DNA from: Pseudothermotoga sp.
Lineage (GTDB): Bacteria > Thermotogota > Thermotogae > Thermotogales > DSM-5069
Direction of reading: 5' to 3'
Assembly (NCBI GenBank): GCA_041640575.1
Contig: JBEPZZ010000013.1
Coordinates: forward strand, 1-35,587
Length of the DNA: 35,587 nt
Position numbers and translations under genes: made by a program. Below the pieces are notes generated by a model that was given only the letters and a program-made list of their open reading frames with translations, searched no databases and was not told where the DNA came from. This document shows positions 19,601 through 28,230 of this stretch, in pieces; position 1 is the first letter of the stretch, and every line of letters begins with the position of its first letter.

Positions 19601-20198
19601 CAACCTTGATTTCAGCAGCTCTGGAGAACTGAATTTGTCGACATCAGTTATTGGTCTTGTTGATTATCGAAATTTGTTATCGTTGTTGCCCAATGCCAGA
19701 GTAAATCTGAGTACCCAGATTTCAGATGGTTCAGACTTTAACAATTTGCTTGCTAGTCCAAGAATAGTAACAAGTAGTGGGAAAGAAGCCAGAATCCTTA
19801 TAGGCGAAAGAATCCCTTACTTTTACACCGCTCCTGACGGAACTACAGTTGGACCTCAGTTTTTGGACATCGGTATCGAACTGAGATTGACTCCATACGT
19901 CAGATCAGATGGAACCATCGATCTTCAAATATACACAAAAGTTAGCGAGGAAAAGACGAGAGTCAATGTTCCAGTGCCTGGTGAAAGCACACGTGAGGCA
20001 CAGACAAGGGTGATTATAAAGGACGGTGATACGCTGATAATTGGCGGTTTAATACGTGATAAAAGAATCGAAAGAATATCGAAAGTCCCAGTTCTGGGAG
20101 ATTTACCTTTTATAGGAACATTCTTCAGAAGCAAAACTGAAAACTATGAGAAACAAGAACTTATGATTTTTATCACCGCGAGGGTGATTGGTCTGTGA
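16617..20198 (+). CDS. pilQ: Large secretin (PilQ/GspD family), 1193 aa
   Basis: C-terminal secretin domain PQVEIEARFVE...ASPRIVTSSGKEARILIGERIPY...DGDTLIIGGLI...KVPVLGDLPFIGTFF...ELMIFITARV; signal peptide; many N-domain repeats. Confidence 0.92.
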   Translation: MRKVILCFLMIVFVTLNASQIVKITPTFLKDEISFLVQLDSQIKAGDVVVDKNASGSILSVYLKGVSSSTLYLPVAYGPVDSLRVFEIREGTLILIHMLIPAEPSIETLANSVKITIPISGKKVDLVLTAESTFETAVKFLADELGINVVVSDSVKNQKLSLKLQQISPEDALRNLLTTVKVQNEPLAYSYMPDGTLHIGTKSDIAFRFGKFWGIYDVTDKQILVEKLQSLISPATIMTYLPNKAVLFVYGDVQEQELISRIISLSPVLITEEITLTAPVENVVRMLDSLRKLYVFEYTVIEGLNKIVLRADSKVVERVKSYIREYQQAYKLQTISEEKQKEEKIPPATGIETKNWKVIYPQQAQAILRDFGLQIKDLGLGYIEVRGNTNDLLIAERVLQDLGFFSTEKLSLRSLTLPKSIGKVVLDFLDEIFGLKEPRILVLEEQDQITAVIFAPFEYVETVIDFTGKLTKLLAVEEKTEIFFLEDEQTAKLISEILGTIYGIKSVAVQSVLRVTGSVEQITKAQNFINFFVKERIVRLVEARFDDETFNEVRQFIEGKYKVSLSANLKILGKVMVTSQNLQELENAVLEIRRIYESVLQMREKSVRLVVSISNIDFQTIENFLQQLEDVKIAQTPSVYIITGNPNAVERAANLIEQLRHVIEERKSYLIFRLNRAINKEDLVRALEEFVQVRVLSVGNMLIIYGSESNLENAKLFISDVIKAAAEIGEQFVQAVRVIPYDGVTPTEELQEYLKTLGKNVEVKLFRTFELVSFIGTESDVIQAIEEYSRLSQKITEKLKLEEQPRFELEERVKIAILDGERFSVKCDDVELYEAISKIASALGKSIIYFDKPLEKITLDVRSIDWQNFIKMIEEEYGYHFAENQGVIALIKPKPVVDKTIEEKFVYTVPHNIENVKPIIEFYGGRVLVDSTKNLLIITGVDRSKREQIETLIKDFEKPTPQVEIEARFVEKSLLDELIRKYGLNLNISSPTGDVNLDFSSSGELNLSTSVIGLVDYRNLLSLLPNARVNLSTQISDGSDFNNLLASPRIVTSSGKEARILIGERIPYFYTAPDGTTVGPQFLDIGIELRLTPYVRSDGTIDLQIYTKVSEEKTRVNVPVPGESTREAQTRVIIKDGDTLIIGGLIRDKRIERISKVPVLGDLPFIGTFFRSKTENYEKQELMIFITARVIGL

Positions 20199-21040
20199 TT
20201 AGATACCCTGTTGTCTCTGGGACTTTCTATCCAGGCTCTATTAACAAATTGAGACAGATGATATCTGATCTCATGAAACTTCGTCTTGGACCAAATGTAT
20301 CAGATATTGACGTTCCGGTGTCAAGACCTATGGGTAGGAACCTTGCCGTAATAGTTCCGCATGCTGGCTATATCTATAGTGGATCTGTCGCTGTCCATGC
20401 TTATGTCGAAGTCGCAAAGCAAGGAAAACCCACCCTGGTTGTTTTATTAGGACCAAATCACACCGGAAGAGGTGCAAAAGTTGGGGTTTGGAACACAGGA
20501 TATTGGATTACACCATTCGGTCAAGTTCAAGTAGACGAGGAGGCAGCTGATCTGCTGCTGAGAAACTGCGAAATTTGTAAGTCTGATTTTGATTCGCATT
20601 TGATGGAGCATTCACTAGAGGTTCAATTACCATTTCTGCAGTACCTTTTTGCTGATTTCAAAATACTGCCAATAACGATCTCTCAGGTTTCGGCGCAAAT
20701 ATGTCAAAAGATTGCTTTAGGATTGGACGCACTTGCCTCCAGTTATACCAATGTCCTTTTTGTAGTTTCAACTGACCTTAACCATTATGAAGATCAAGGG
20801 ATTACTTTGAAGAAGGACTCACTTGCAATCGAAAAAATTGTGTCAAAGGATCCCAACGGATTGCTAAGGGTTGTGCTGGATGAAGACATTTCAATGTGTG
20901 GGGTCTTTCCAGTAGTAGCCTTTCTTCAAATGAAAACATTTGCTAGACCGAGGCTACTTTGCCATGCTACTAGTGGTGATGTCACCGGGGAACTCAGCCA
21001 GGTCGTTGGCTATGCCGGCTTCATTTGCGAACCAGTTTAA
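20195..21040 (+). CDS. amrB: MEMO1 family protein (AmmeMemoRadiSam system protein B)
   Basis: RYPVVSGTFYP, VPHAGYIYSG, GPNH, EHSLEVQLPFLQ, STDLNHY, MCG and VVGYA motifs. Confidence 0.92.
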   Translation: MIRYPVVSGTFYPGSINKLRQMISDLMKLRLGPNVSDIDVPVSRPMGRNLAVIVPHAGYIYSGSVAVHAYVEVAKQGKPTLVVLLGPNHTGRGAKVGVWNTGYWITPFGQVQVDEEAADLLLRNCEICKSDFDSHLMEHSLEVQLPFLQYLFADFKILPITISQVSAQICQKIALGLDALASSYTNVLFVVSTDLNHYEDQGITLKKDSLAIEKIVSKDPNGLLRVVLDEDISMCGVFPVVAFLQMKTFARPRLLCHATSGDVTGELSQVVGYAGFICEPV

Positions 21041-22463
21041 TGAATTCGTCAAGCTCTGTTACCTTCAAAACTTTTGATGTGAAGAAATAAATTAGTATGC
21101 CACAAAAAACGAGACCTATGGTATAGAGCCTACTTTCGTAAAGAATAGAAGCAATCCAAACCGCTAAACCCATTGCTAGCGAAGAAATGATCACGCGTGT
21201 TACGTGACCAAAATCAATCTTTGGTTTGATTTTGAACCACAAGTAGACTGTCGAACAAAGCCCTGCCAGAGTTGTGGCCAATGCAATGCCATTTACCCCG
21301 ATAGCCATACCTAGTGCAAAATCCAACGACGCATTGATAATAAAAGATAGAATCGTCGCAATAAATGGGATTTTCATATCCTTCTTGGCATGAAGTGCTC
21401 TTGTCAGAACAGCCATGACCGAGTATATTGGTAGACCTAAAGAGTAAAATAACAACACATTCGCGGTTTTCAGAGCATCTGCATAAGTGAATGCTCCGTG
21501 TTGATACACCAAGATCATTAACTGTTTGCTCAGAACTACGAGACCGATCATCGAAGGCAATGTTAGGAAAAACGATAAATGCAAAGAGTCTTTTAAATGT
21601 TCTCTATACCGCTCCTTGTTTGAACTCATCAGCGGTAAGACAACTGTCGACATTGCAACTCCAAAGACACCAAACGGCAGCTGATAGAATCTGTTGGCAT
21701 ACTGAAGAACTGAAACATTACCTGGTCCTAACAGCGAAGCAACGTTAACATCTATGAGAACATTGAATTCCGATACTGTCATAGCAAGTAAAGCTGGGAA
21801 AAATAACTTGAGAAATTCTTTGCATCCTTTAAAAGTGGGTTTGTATCGAAACCCTACCTTTAAGGACCCTGGTATCAACATTAAAAACATTAAAGCCCCG
21901 CCAACTGTAAAGCCCAAAGTCGCACCAAAGATTGGCGGGTTAAAAAAGCCAGAGAAGATCGTTCCAAGTATGATACCTATGTTCATCATGATTGGTGATA
22001 CTGCAGGCACAAAGAATATGTTGTGTGAATTTTGAATTGAATAGAGCACAGCCCAGAGAAAAATGAATATTATGAAGGGAACGCTTACTCTGGACAGTGA
22101 AGCTGCCAGATTTCTTATTCCCATTTCTGCCCCACTGGAAAGAATCAAAGGCACAAGCTGTGGATAAAATTCAACAATCACTGTGATAACCAGAGTTGCC
22201 AAACCAAGAGAAGTTATTACGGCAGATGCAAATTCATTCTTATTTTGCTTTTCGTTGTAAAGTGGGACGAATGCCGAAGTCATAGCTCCCTCAGCAAATG
22301 CGCGGCGGAGAAGAAACGGAAAAGATATTGCAATTATGTATGCATCAAATTGAGCTCCTGCACCAAATTTGTTAGCCAAGAGCATATCTCTTACCAAACC
22401 CGTAAACCTCGATATGAGGGTCGCTAATGCAAAAAGTGTGCCATACCTTACAATTTCTGTCAT
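21021..22463 (-). CDS. murJ: Lipid II flippase MurJ (MviN)
   Basis: ISRFTGLVRD, FAEGAMTSAFVP and YANRFYQLPFGVFG motifs; multi-TM. Confidence 0.95.
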   Translation of the reverse strand: MTEIVRYGTLFALATLISRFTGLVRDMLLANKFGAGAQFDAYIIAISFPFLLRRAFAEGAMTSAFVPLYNEKQNKNEFASAVITSLGLATLVITVIVEFYPQLVPLILSSGAEMGIRNLAASLSRVSVPFIIFIFLWAVLYSIQNSHNIFFVPAVSPIMMNIGIILGTIFSGFFNPPIFGATLGFTVGGALMFLMLIPGSLKVGFRYKPTFKGCKEFLKLFFPALLAMTVSEFNVLIDVNVASLLGPGNVSVLQYANRFYQLPFGVFGVAMSTVVLPLMSSNKERYREHLKDSLHLSFFLTLPSMIGLVVLSKQLMILVYQHGAFTYADALKTANVLLFYSLGLPIYSVMAVLTRALHAKKDMKIPFIATILSFIINASLDFALGMAIGVNGIALATTLAGLCSTVYLWFKIKPKIDFGHVTRVIISSLAMGLAVWIASILYESRLYTIGLVFCGILIYFFTSKVLKVTELDEFIKLVRK

Positions 22464-23656
22464 CTTGATTTTTCCCTATACGCCTCTATTCCCAAAGCAA
22501 GTATTTTCATTGCATCTCTTAAGTCATGCTGGTTCAAAACGTATGCAATTCTCATCTCATCTAAGCCAACTCTTGGAGTCATATAGAAACCGTTGAGAGG
22601 CGAGACCATTGTTGTTTTTCCATCAACGTCGAACTCTAAAAGCATAAATTTGACAAACTCCTCAGTGTCATCGATTGGCAATTTTGCAGAGATATAAAAT
22701 GCACCGTGAGGTTTCTGAAAGATAGCACAATCTATTTTTTTCAGTTCCTCATACACCACGTCTCTTCGCCCTTGATACTCCAACCTGATTGACTCAATGT
22801 ATTCCTCACCCAGAGAGAGAAGTCCTATCGTTCCATACTGAGAATTGGTAGCAGGGCACAATCGGGCTTGTGCGAATTTTAAAGCTGAAGAATAGGCTGA
22901 TTGATTTTTCACAACAAATGCGCCAACTCGTGCACCACATGCACTATAGCGCTTTGAGATACTATCAACCATGATTACCCTTTCTTGAATGTTACTGAAT
23001 GAAAACATTGAGATGGCTTTATGACCATCAAAAGTGAACTCTCGATAGACTTCATCTGATATAATGAACAGATCTTTTTCCAGAGCAACATCAATTATTG
23101 ACTTGAGTTGATCCTCATCATAAACTGCGCCAGTCGGATTACACGGATTTGAGAACAGTACTGCTTTTGTTTTTGGACCGACTTTTTCGAGAATCTTTTC
23201 TTTCTTAGGCACCGAGTACCCATCTTGCGGATAGGTTCTAACAGGAACGAGTTTGATGCCAAGTTGGGAGGCAAAACCCGCATAATTGGCATAAAAAGGC
23301 TCAAGTACAATTATCTCATCACCAGGATCTGCAACCACAGCCATAGCAAAAAGCACAGCCTCACTACCACCGTTTGTCACAATTATATCCTGTGGTGAAA
23401 CGTCAATAGAAAACTTACGATAATATTTTGCGAATGCTTCCCGTAATTCTATCAACCCGGCAGAATGCGTGTAGGCTACAACTTCTGGTTTATATCTCTC
23501 TATGTACTCAAAGTAGATTGGTGGCGTTGGAATATCCGGTTGTCCAATATTCAGGTAATAGATCTTTTTCCCCTTTCTTGCTGCTTGCTCAGCAAATGGA
23601 ATAAGCCTTCTTATGGGGCTTGCCGGGGTTTGGTTTGCTCTCTGCGAAATATTCAC
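22460..23656 (-). CDS. PLP-dependent class I/II aminotransferase (aspartate aminotransferase-like)
   Basis: LNIGQPD, NPCNPTG, SDEVY and DSISKRYSACGARVG motifs. Confidence 0.92.
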   Translation of the reverse strand: MNISQRANQTPASPIRRLIPFAEQAARKGKKIYYLNIGQPDIPTPPIYFEYIERYKPEVVAYTHSAGLIELREAFAKYYRKFSIDVSPQDIIVTNGGSEAVLFAMAVVADPGDEIIVLEPFYANYAGFASQLGIKLVPVRTYPQDGYSVPKKEKILEKVGPKTKAVLFSNPCNPTGAVYDEDQLKSIIDVALEKDLFIISDEVYREFTFDGHKAISMFSFSNIQERVIMVDSISKRYSACGARVGAFVVKNQSAYSSALKFAQARLCPATNSQYGTIGLLSLGEEYIESIRLEYQGRRDVVYEELKKIDCAIFQKPHGAFYISAKLPIDDTEEFVKFMLLEFDVDGKTTMVSPLNGFYMTPRVGLDEMRIAYVLNQHDLRDAMKILALGIEAYREKSR

Positions 23657-24828
23657 TGCCTTCGCCTCCTTGTCTCACAAATGAGAAACTTCAGATACCT
23701 TGTCTCCTCAATCCCGAGTATGTAAGGATGATCAAAAGATTGACCTGCTTTGTAGATAACTGCTAATTCTGCATGAGAATCTTCCGAAGCTTCTATCAAA
23801 ATCTGCTCGAACTCACCCTCACTTATAACCTGAGTACATGAGCATGTTACAAGTAGCCCAGGCTTTCTTAGCATTTTGATAGCTCTGAGATTTATTTCCT
23901 TGTGTCCCCTAAATGCCTGGTCTTTTGAGTACGATGTCTTGGCAAAAGAAGGCGGATCGAGCACAGCTATATCGTACTGTTCGCCGGACTTTGAATTCTC
24001 TTTAAGCCAGTCGAAAGCATTTGTGTTTATCAACTCATATTTACCCTCAAAACCATTTCTCTTGAGAAGGTCCTCTGCAATCTGCAGAGCTCTATCAGAA
24101 TAGTCAATTAGTTTCACATGCTCTGCACCGTATTGCAAAAGATGCAATGCAAAATTACCGGTATAACTGAAGACATCCAGACAAATCTTACCTTGTGCAA
24201 ACGGGCGAAGAGCTTCAGCATTGTTGATTTGATCAAGAAAAGCACCCGTTTTTTGACCCAACAAGTCTGCCGCAAGGATAAGCCCATTTGATTGAAAGTA
24301 GATTATCTCTGGACCTGAACCGTAAATCCATCCTGTGCTTTCTGTCAAACCTTCTTTTTCTCTGGCGGGTGTATCTGATTTTTCATAAATTCCTATCGTT
24401 TCAGAAAAAATAGAAAGAAGAATTTCAAACACTTTATGCTTGAGTTTCTCCATTCCAAGGGTGTTTATCTGAACTACAAGATAATTACCGAATTTATCGA
24501 CAATTAATCCGGGAAGCCAATCGGATTCGGCAAAAATGAGTCTCAAAGCTTCTCGTGTCTTAATAAGATTTTTTCTCCGTTCTATGGAAGCTTCAATGCG
24601 CGTTCTCAACAACTTCTCTATGCTCAAAGGTTCAAATGACATCAATCTAACAGTTATTTTTGAATTAGTGTTTATGTAGCCGATGCCATAAAACCTACCG
24701 GACGCTGTTAACACATCAACTATATCGCCATTCTCAAAGTCGCCGACGACTCTACTAATCTCGTTCTTGTAAATCCACGGATGATAGTGTTTTTCTCTGC
24801 CTTCTTTCAAATAGACCTTCGCTTTAAT
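23653..24828 (-). CDS. RlmI-family class I SAM-dependent rRNA m5C methyltransferase with PUA domain
   Basis: HPWIYKNEI, ESDWLPGLIVDKF, GQKTGAFLDQ, LDVFSYTGNF, LDPPSF and TCSCT motifs. Start is either ATT at 24828 (see findings) or TTG at 24810. Confidence 0.88.
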   Translation of the reverse strand: MKAKVYLKEGREKHYHPWIYKNEISRVVGDFENGDIVDVLTASGRFYGIGYINTNSKITVRLMSFEPLSIEKLLRTRIEASIERRKNLIKTREALRLIFAESDWLPGLIVDKFGNYLVVQINTLGMEKLKHKVFEILLSIFSETIGIYEKSDTPAREKEGLTESTGWIYGSGPEIIYFQSNGLILAADLLGQKTGAFLDQINNAEALRPFAQGKICLDVFSYTGNFALHLLQYGAEHVKLIDYSDRALQIAEDLLKRNGFEGKYELINTNAFDWLKENSKSGEQYDIAVLDPPSFAKTSYSKDQAFRGHKEINLRAIKMLRKPGLLVTCSCTQVISEGEFEQILIEASEDSHAELAVIYKAGQSFDHPYILGIEETRYLKFLICETRRRRQ

Positions 24829-25912
24829 TTTTTCTCACCCTCTCGTAAAGCTCTCGAATCAAGACTTCATTGAAAATCCCTCTTGTCCATTGGACATGTT
24901 TCGCAGACATCACTCTCTTCACCCAAGTATCCAATTCTTCCTCCGAGATAGAAACCTTAACATTCAAACCAACTTGCTTGAGAAATTCATCCATACGGCC
25001 AAGTATCGATTCAATTTCAGAGACCTTTTCAGGCACTTCATATCTTGCTTGATCTACTACGGCACTTAAAAACACAGCAGTTGCATCTCCATGCCTAACA
25101 TTTTTGAACGTACTTAACGGGTAGCCAAGAGCATGCGCCAATGTTGTGCTTGTCTGGGCAATTACAACCCCAGCCATGTAAGAGGCTAAGCACATTTTCT
25201 CTCTGGCAACTATGTCCTGTGGGGTTCGCAACGCTTTGGGTAGGTATTGTGAAACCAGTTTAATCGATTCCAAAGCAAGGGTATCCGAAGTTGGCGTAGC
25301 TCTTTTAGAAAGATATCCTTCCACTGCATGACAAAGTGCGTCTAATCCTGTAGATCTTGTCAAATTCTCGCTCATTGTCACTGTATATAGTGGATCTATG
25401 AAAGCGTATCGCGGAAAAACGACATCGCTCGAAAAACCACGTTTGAAGCCGTCATCATCGGTAAGTACAGAATATTGTGTTACCTCACTACCAGTTCCCG
25501 CAGTTGTGGGTATGGCACATATCGCCAAAGAATCGACATACTTTGACATGTCATAGAGATCTTCTACTTTCAGGACTTTGTTCTTCAGCAAAACAGCCAC
25601 AGCTTTTGCTGTGTCTAAAGGACTTCCACCTCCAAGTCCAATTATGAAATCTACCTTTTCATCCTTATAAAGAGTTACTATTTTTCTGATAGTTTCAAAA
25701 GTTGGGTTTTCTTCAACTTCGTCGAAAACCATATAGCTTATACCGATACCTCTCAAAGCTTCTTCTAAGTCTTGAAGCGAACCATTCTTCTTCGAAGAGT
25801 ATTTACCAGTAATTATTAGGGCCTTTTGTCCAAGACTTGCGAACACATTCACATTTTGTTTGATTACACCAGCGCCGAAAAATACTTTTGTAGGCATAAA
25901 ATATTGCCACAT
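24824..25912 (-). CDS. Iron-containing alcohol dehydrogenase
   Basis: GLGGGSPLD, PTTAGTGSEVT, DALCHAVE and AHALGY...RHG motifs. Start at ATG 25912 (MWQYFMPTKVFFG) with SD AGGAGGTG. Confidence 0.92.
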   Translation of the reverse strand: MWQYFMPTKVFFGAGVIKQNVNVFASLGQKALIITGKYSSKKNGSLQDLEEALRGIGISYMVFDEVEENPTFETIRKIVTLYKDEKVDFIIGLGGGSPLDTAKAVAVLLKNKVLKVEDLYDMSKYVDSLAICAIPTTAGTGSEVTQYSVLTDDDGFKRGFSSDVVFPRYAFIDPLYTVTMSENLTRSTGLDALCHAVEGYLSKRATPTSDTLALESIKLVSQYLPKALRTPQDIVAREKMCLASYMAGVVIAQTSTTLAHALGYPLSTFKNVRHGDATAVFLSAVVDQARYEVPEKVSEIESILGRMDEFLKQVGLNVKVSISEEELDTWVKRVMSAKHVQWTRGIFNEVLIRELYERVRKN

Positions 25913-25917
25913 ACGAA

Positions 25918-26592
25918 TCACCTCCTGCGAGCCTTCTGCGTTAAAGCATGCGCCAATCTTGTTGGCTCCGGCAGTCTGTGGTTCAGGCAAACTTTTTTTA
26001 CAAGTCTGATCGCGGACTCAACATCACACAGATGACCGGGAGATACAAAAATTGGCTCAGCTCCTTCCATAGTTCTCAAAACGACCCCGATTTTCTTTCC
26101 CGAAGGATCAAGAAGTGGTGATTCGCTCCACTTAGCTTGTCCAAGTGGCTGATATGTTCCATAAAGTCTAGACTTCGCTACACCAATAGTTGGAAGATCA
26201 ATCCAGAGCCCCATATGTGAGGCTATTCCCAATCCACGCGGGTGAGCTATTCCGTGCCCATCAAAGACAACAATGTCGGGTCGGTTTTTGAGATCTTCCC
26301 ATGCTTTTAGAAACACGGGACCTTCCCGAAAAGCAAGTAAACCTGGCACGTATTCGAATTCTATCTTTTCTTCCGCGGATATAGCCTCAACTATACTCAT
26401 GTTAAACATATCTATCACAACTATTACTGCACATCCGGTTCGTGAGCTAGGAAAAGATAAATCAACCCCGGCAACGTACCTGACGTTTTTGTCATCAAGG
26501 GGTAGTAATTTTATTTTATTCCTCAAAGCATTTTGTATCTGCACCGCTTCACGAATTGATACATTCCATTCATGCAATTTTATGTATTTCAT
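25918..26592 (-). CDS. nfi: Endonuclease V (deoxyinosine 3'-endonuclease)
   Basis: AGVDLSF, YVPGLLAFRE, FDGHGIAHPRGLGIASH, IGVAKS and LPEPTRLAH motifs. Confidence 0.96.
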   Translation of the reverse strand: MKYIKLHEWNVSIREAVQIQNALRNKIKLLPLDDKNVRYVAGVDLSFPSSRTGCAVIVVIDMFNMSIVEAISAEEKIEFEYVPGLLAFREGPVFLKAWEDLKNRPDIVVFDGHGIAHPRGLGIASHMGLWIDLPTIGVAKSRLYGTYQPLGQAKWSESPLLDPSGKKIGVVLRTMEGAEPIFVSPGHLCDVESAIRLVKKVCLNHRLPEPTRLAHALTQKARRR

Positions 26593-27779
26593 TTGCTGAT
26601 CACTACCACGGCGTCTATTATACCCTTCAAATAAATTCTATTCTTGCTGGCTTTATCAACGAGCATTAAATACTCTTTTAACAGATCAAATGAAAAATCT
26701 TTTATTTCAAAGATTCTGGTTGGATAGGCTTTTTTTACAGTCTCCAAAATCAGGGTCTTTTTTGAACTGTTCATTATGAGAACCATGTCGTTTTTATAGT
26801 TAACTCCAATATCCTCCCAGATTACAAACAATGGAGAAGAGCCCACTGAAGAGTTCCACAAATTCAGCGTTCTAACAAGAAAATCACGAGACTTGTCAGT
26901 TGTCGAATTTAAGATCAGCAAGGATGGGAAATTCTCCTTTTCCTGCTTTGGTCTTTCCTTAGTGATCTGGTCTTTGAAGGTCTTGAGTTTCGATTGATCA
27001 AACACTATATCGCCTTTATCGGTAACTGTGTATGGAAAATTTACAAAACTCATATACAAATTCTTTCTAAATCTGAGACCAAGATACAATATTTCTCCCA
27101 ATTTCAAATCAGTCTTGATTTTTCCAAGAACTTCACTTGCCATTTGAAGCAAAGTGTGCAAATCCATCTCAACTACCTTACTTGCAAGCTTTGACAAAAC
27201 TTCTCTTTGTCTTTCTATTCTTGCTACATCACCCATCGCATCTTTTCTGTATCTGATATAAGCAAGTAATTGTTCCCCTTTCATCTTGTAAATACCAGGT
27301 TCAAAATGAATCGAGAGCTTTTGTCCAGTATCTTCATAATGCATTGGTTCCTTTATAGTGATTTCAATTGGTCCCAGCCGATCCCCAAGGTATTTAAAGA
27401 CTTCGTAGTCAACTATGACATATCTTTCGACGTTTATTTCCAACATTTTGCTCAAAAGTGAGGATAGACCTTGTATTCCGCTCTTCTGATACACGGAATT
27501 TATTTTGCTATTTCCAATAAGCAAATCGCGTGGCACATTAGTCAAAACAATTTGTTTCTTTGCGTGGTCCACAATACCTATTACTATGGCGTCAGTTCTC
27601 ACCGTGTTTTCGATTTTTTCATCAATACCTACAAAAAGTACTACAAGTGGATTTCGGTCTATTTTGCTTGGAAGAAAAATAGATAGCAGTTCTTCTGCAT
27701 TTAAAAACATGAAAATTATGGAGATCAAAAGTACTCCAAGAGATACAGTAATCATTAGGATTACAGTTTTATTTTGCAT
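26589..27779 (-). CDS. LytR-CpsA-Psr (LCP) family protein
   Basis: One TM; RTDAIV, VPRD, KINSVY, YIRYR and DVARIERQ motifs; C-terminal extension. ATG 27779 preferred (SD GGAGGA); alternative 27791. Confidence 0.92.
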   Translation of the reverse strand: MQNKTVILMITVSLGVLLISIIFMFLNAEELLSIFLPSKIDRNPLVVLFVGIDEKIENTVRTDAIVIGIVDHAKKQIVLTNVPRDLLIGNSKINSVYQKSGIQGLSSLLSKMLEINVERYVIVDYEVFKYLGDRLGPIEITIKEPMHYEDTGQKLSIHFEPGIYKMKGEQLLAYIRYRKDAMGDVARIERQREVLSKLASKVVEMDLHTLLQMASEVLGKIKTDLKLGEILYLGLRFRKNLYMSFVNFPYTVTDKGDIVFDQSKLKTFKDQITKERPKQEKENFPSLLILNSTTDKSRDFLVRTLNLWNSSVGSSPLFVIWEDIGVNYKNDMVLIMNSSKKTLILETVKKAYPTRIFEIKDFSFDLLKEYLMLVDKASKNRIYLKGIIDAVVVISK

Positions 27780-27795
27780 ATAATCCTCCATTCAG

Positions 27796-27820
27796 ATTTT
27801 ACCATTGGTAGATGTAGAAT
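27796..27820. promoter_or_regulatory. Back-to-back putative -10 elements
   Basis: Minus-strand TGGTAAAAT (27804-27796, extended -10) toward LCP; plus-strand TAGAAT (27815-27820) toward the Mrr-like/kamA/dnaN string. Confidence 0.45.
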
Positions 27821-27843
27821 CATAAGTGTGGTGATGTTTCAAA

Positions 27844-28230
27844 ATGTTTTGGCTCAAACTGATTGTGTTCATAGTTTTGTGTTTAGTCTTCAGAAAACTT
27901 ACAAAGTACCAGCTGAGTAAATGGAGAAATCTGAAAAGTGTTGTAGCTGAAGGGCTTAAAAAAGAGGGGTGGCAGAAGGTGGACGAAGTTTTTATGGGTT
28001 CCACCAGTGTTGGGGTTTACAAAAAAGGCGTGAAAAGAATAGTTGTGATACTTGGTAATGGTTACATGGATTATGAGAAAATAAGAAAAGGCCTCGTCCT
28101 ATCGGCACTGAACAATGCCAAAGAACTTCGTATCTACTGCAAAAGTATAGGCTCTCATGCTCATCGTGCTCTGGAATATGCTAAAAAAAATACCCATGTT
28201 CATGGTATCGAGATAAAGGTGTGGCATTGA
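27844..28230 (+). CDS. Membrane-anchored hypothetical protein, probable catalytically dead Mrr-fold paralog
   Basis: N-terminal TM. Aligns by eye with the downstream Mrr-like protein but lacks the E, D and QxK residues. Confidence 0.55.
   Translation: MFWLKLIVFIVLCLVFRKLTKYQLSKWRNLKSVVAEGLKKEGWQKVDEVFMGSTSVGVYKKGVKRIVVILGNGYMDYEKIRKGLVLSALNNAKELRIYCKSIGSHAHRALEYAKKNTHVHGIEIKVWH

Noticed and set aside
22159..22167. Perfect E. coli-type DnaA box TGTGGATAA
   Set aside because: Single copy inside murJ; I saw no box cluster or AT-rich gap here or near dnaN, so there is no oriC evidence.
25913..25990. N-terminal extension of the Fe-ADH in the ORF track
   Set aside because: It overlaps nfi, and a strong SD AGGAGGTG points to ATG 25912.
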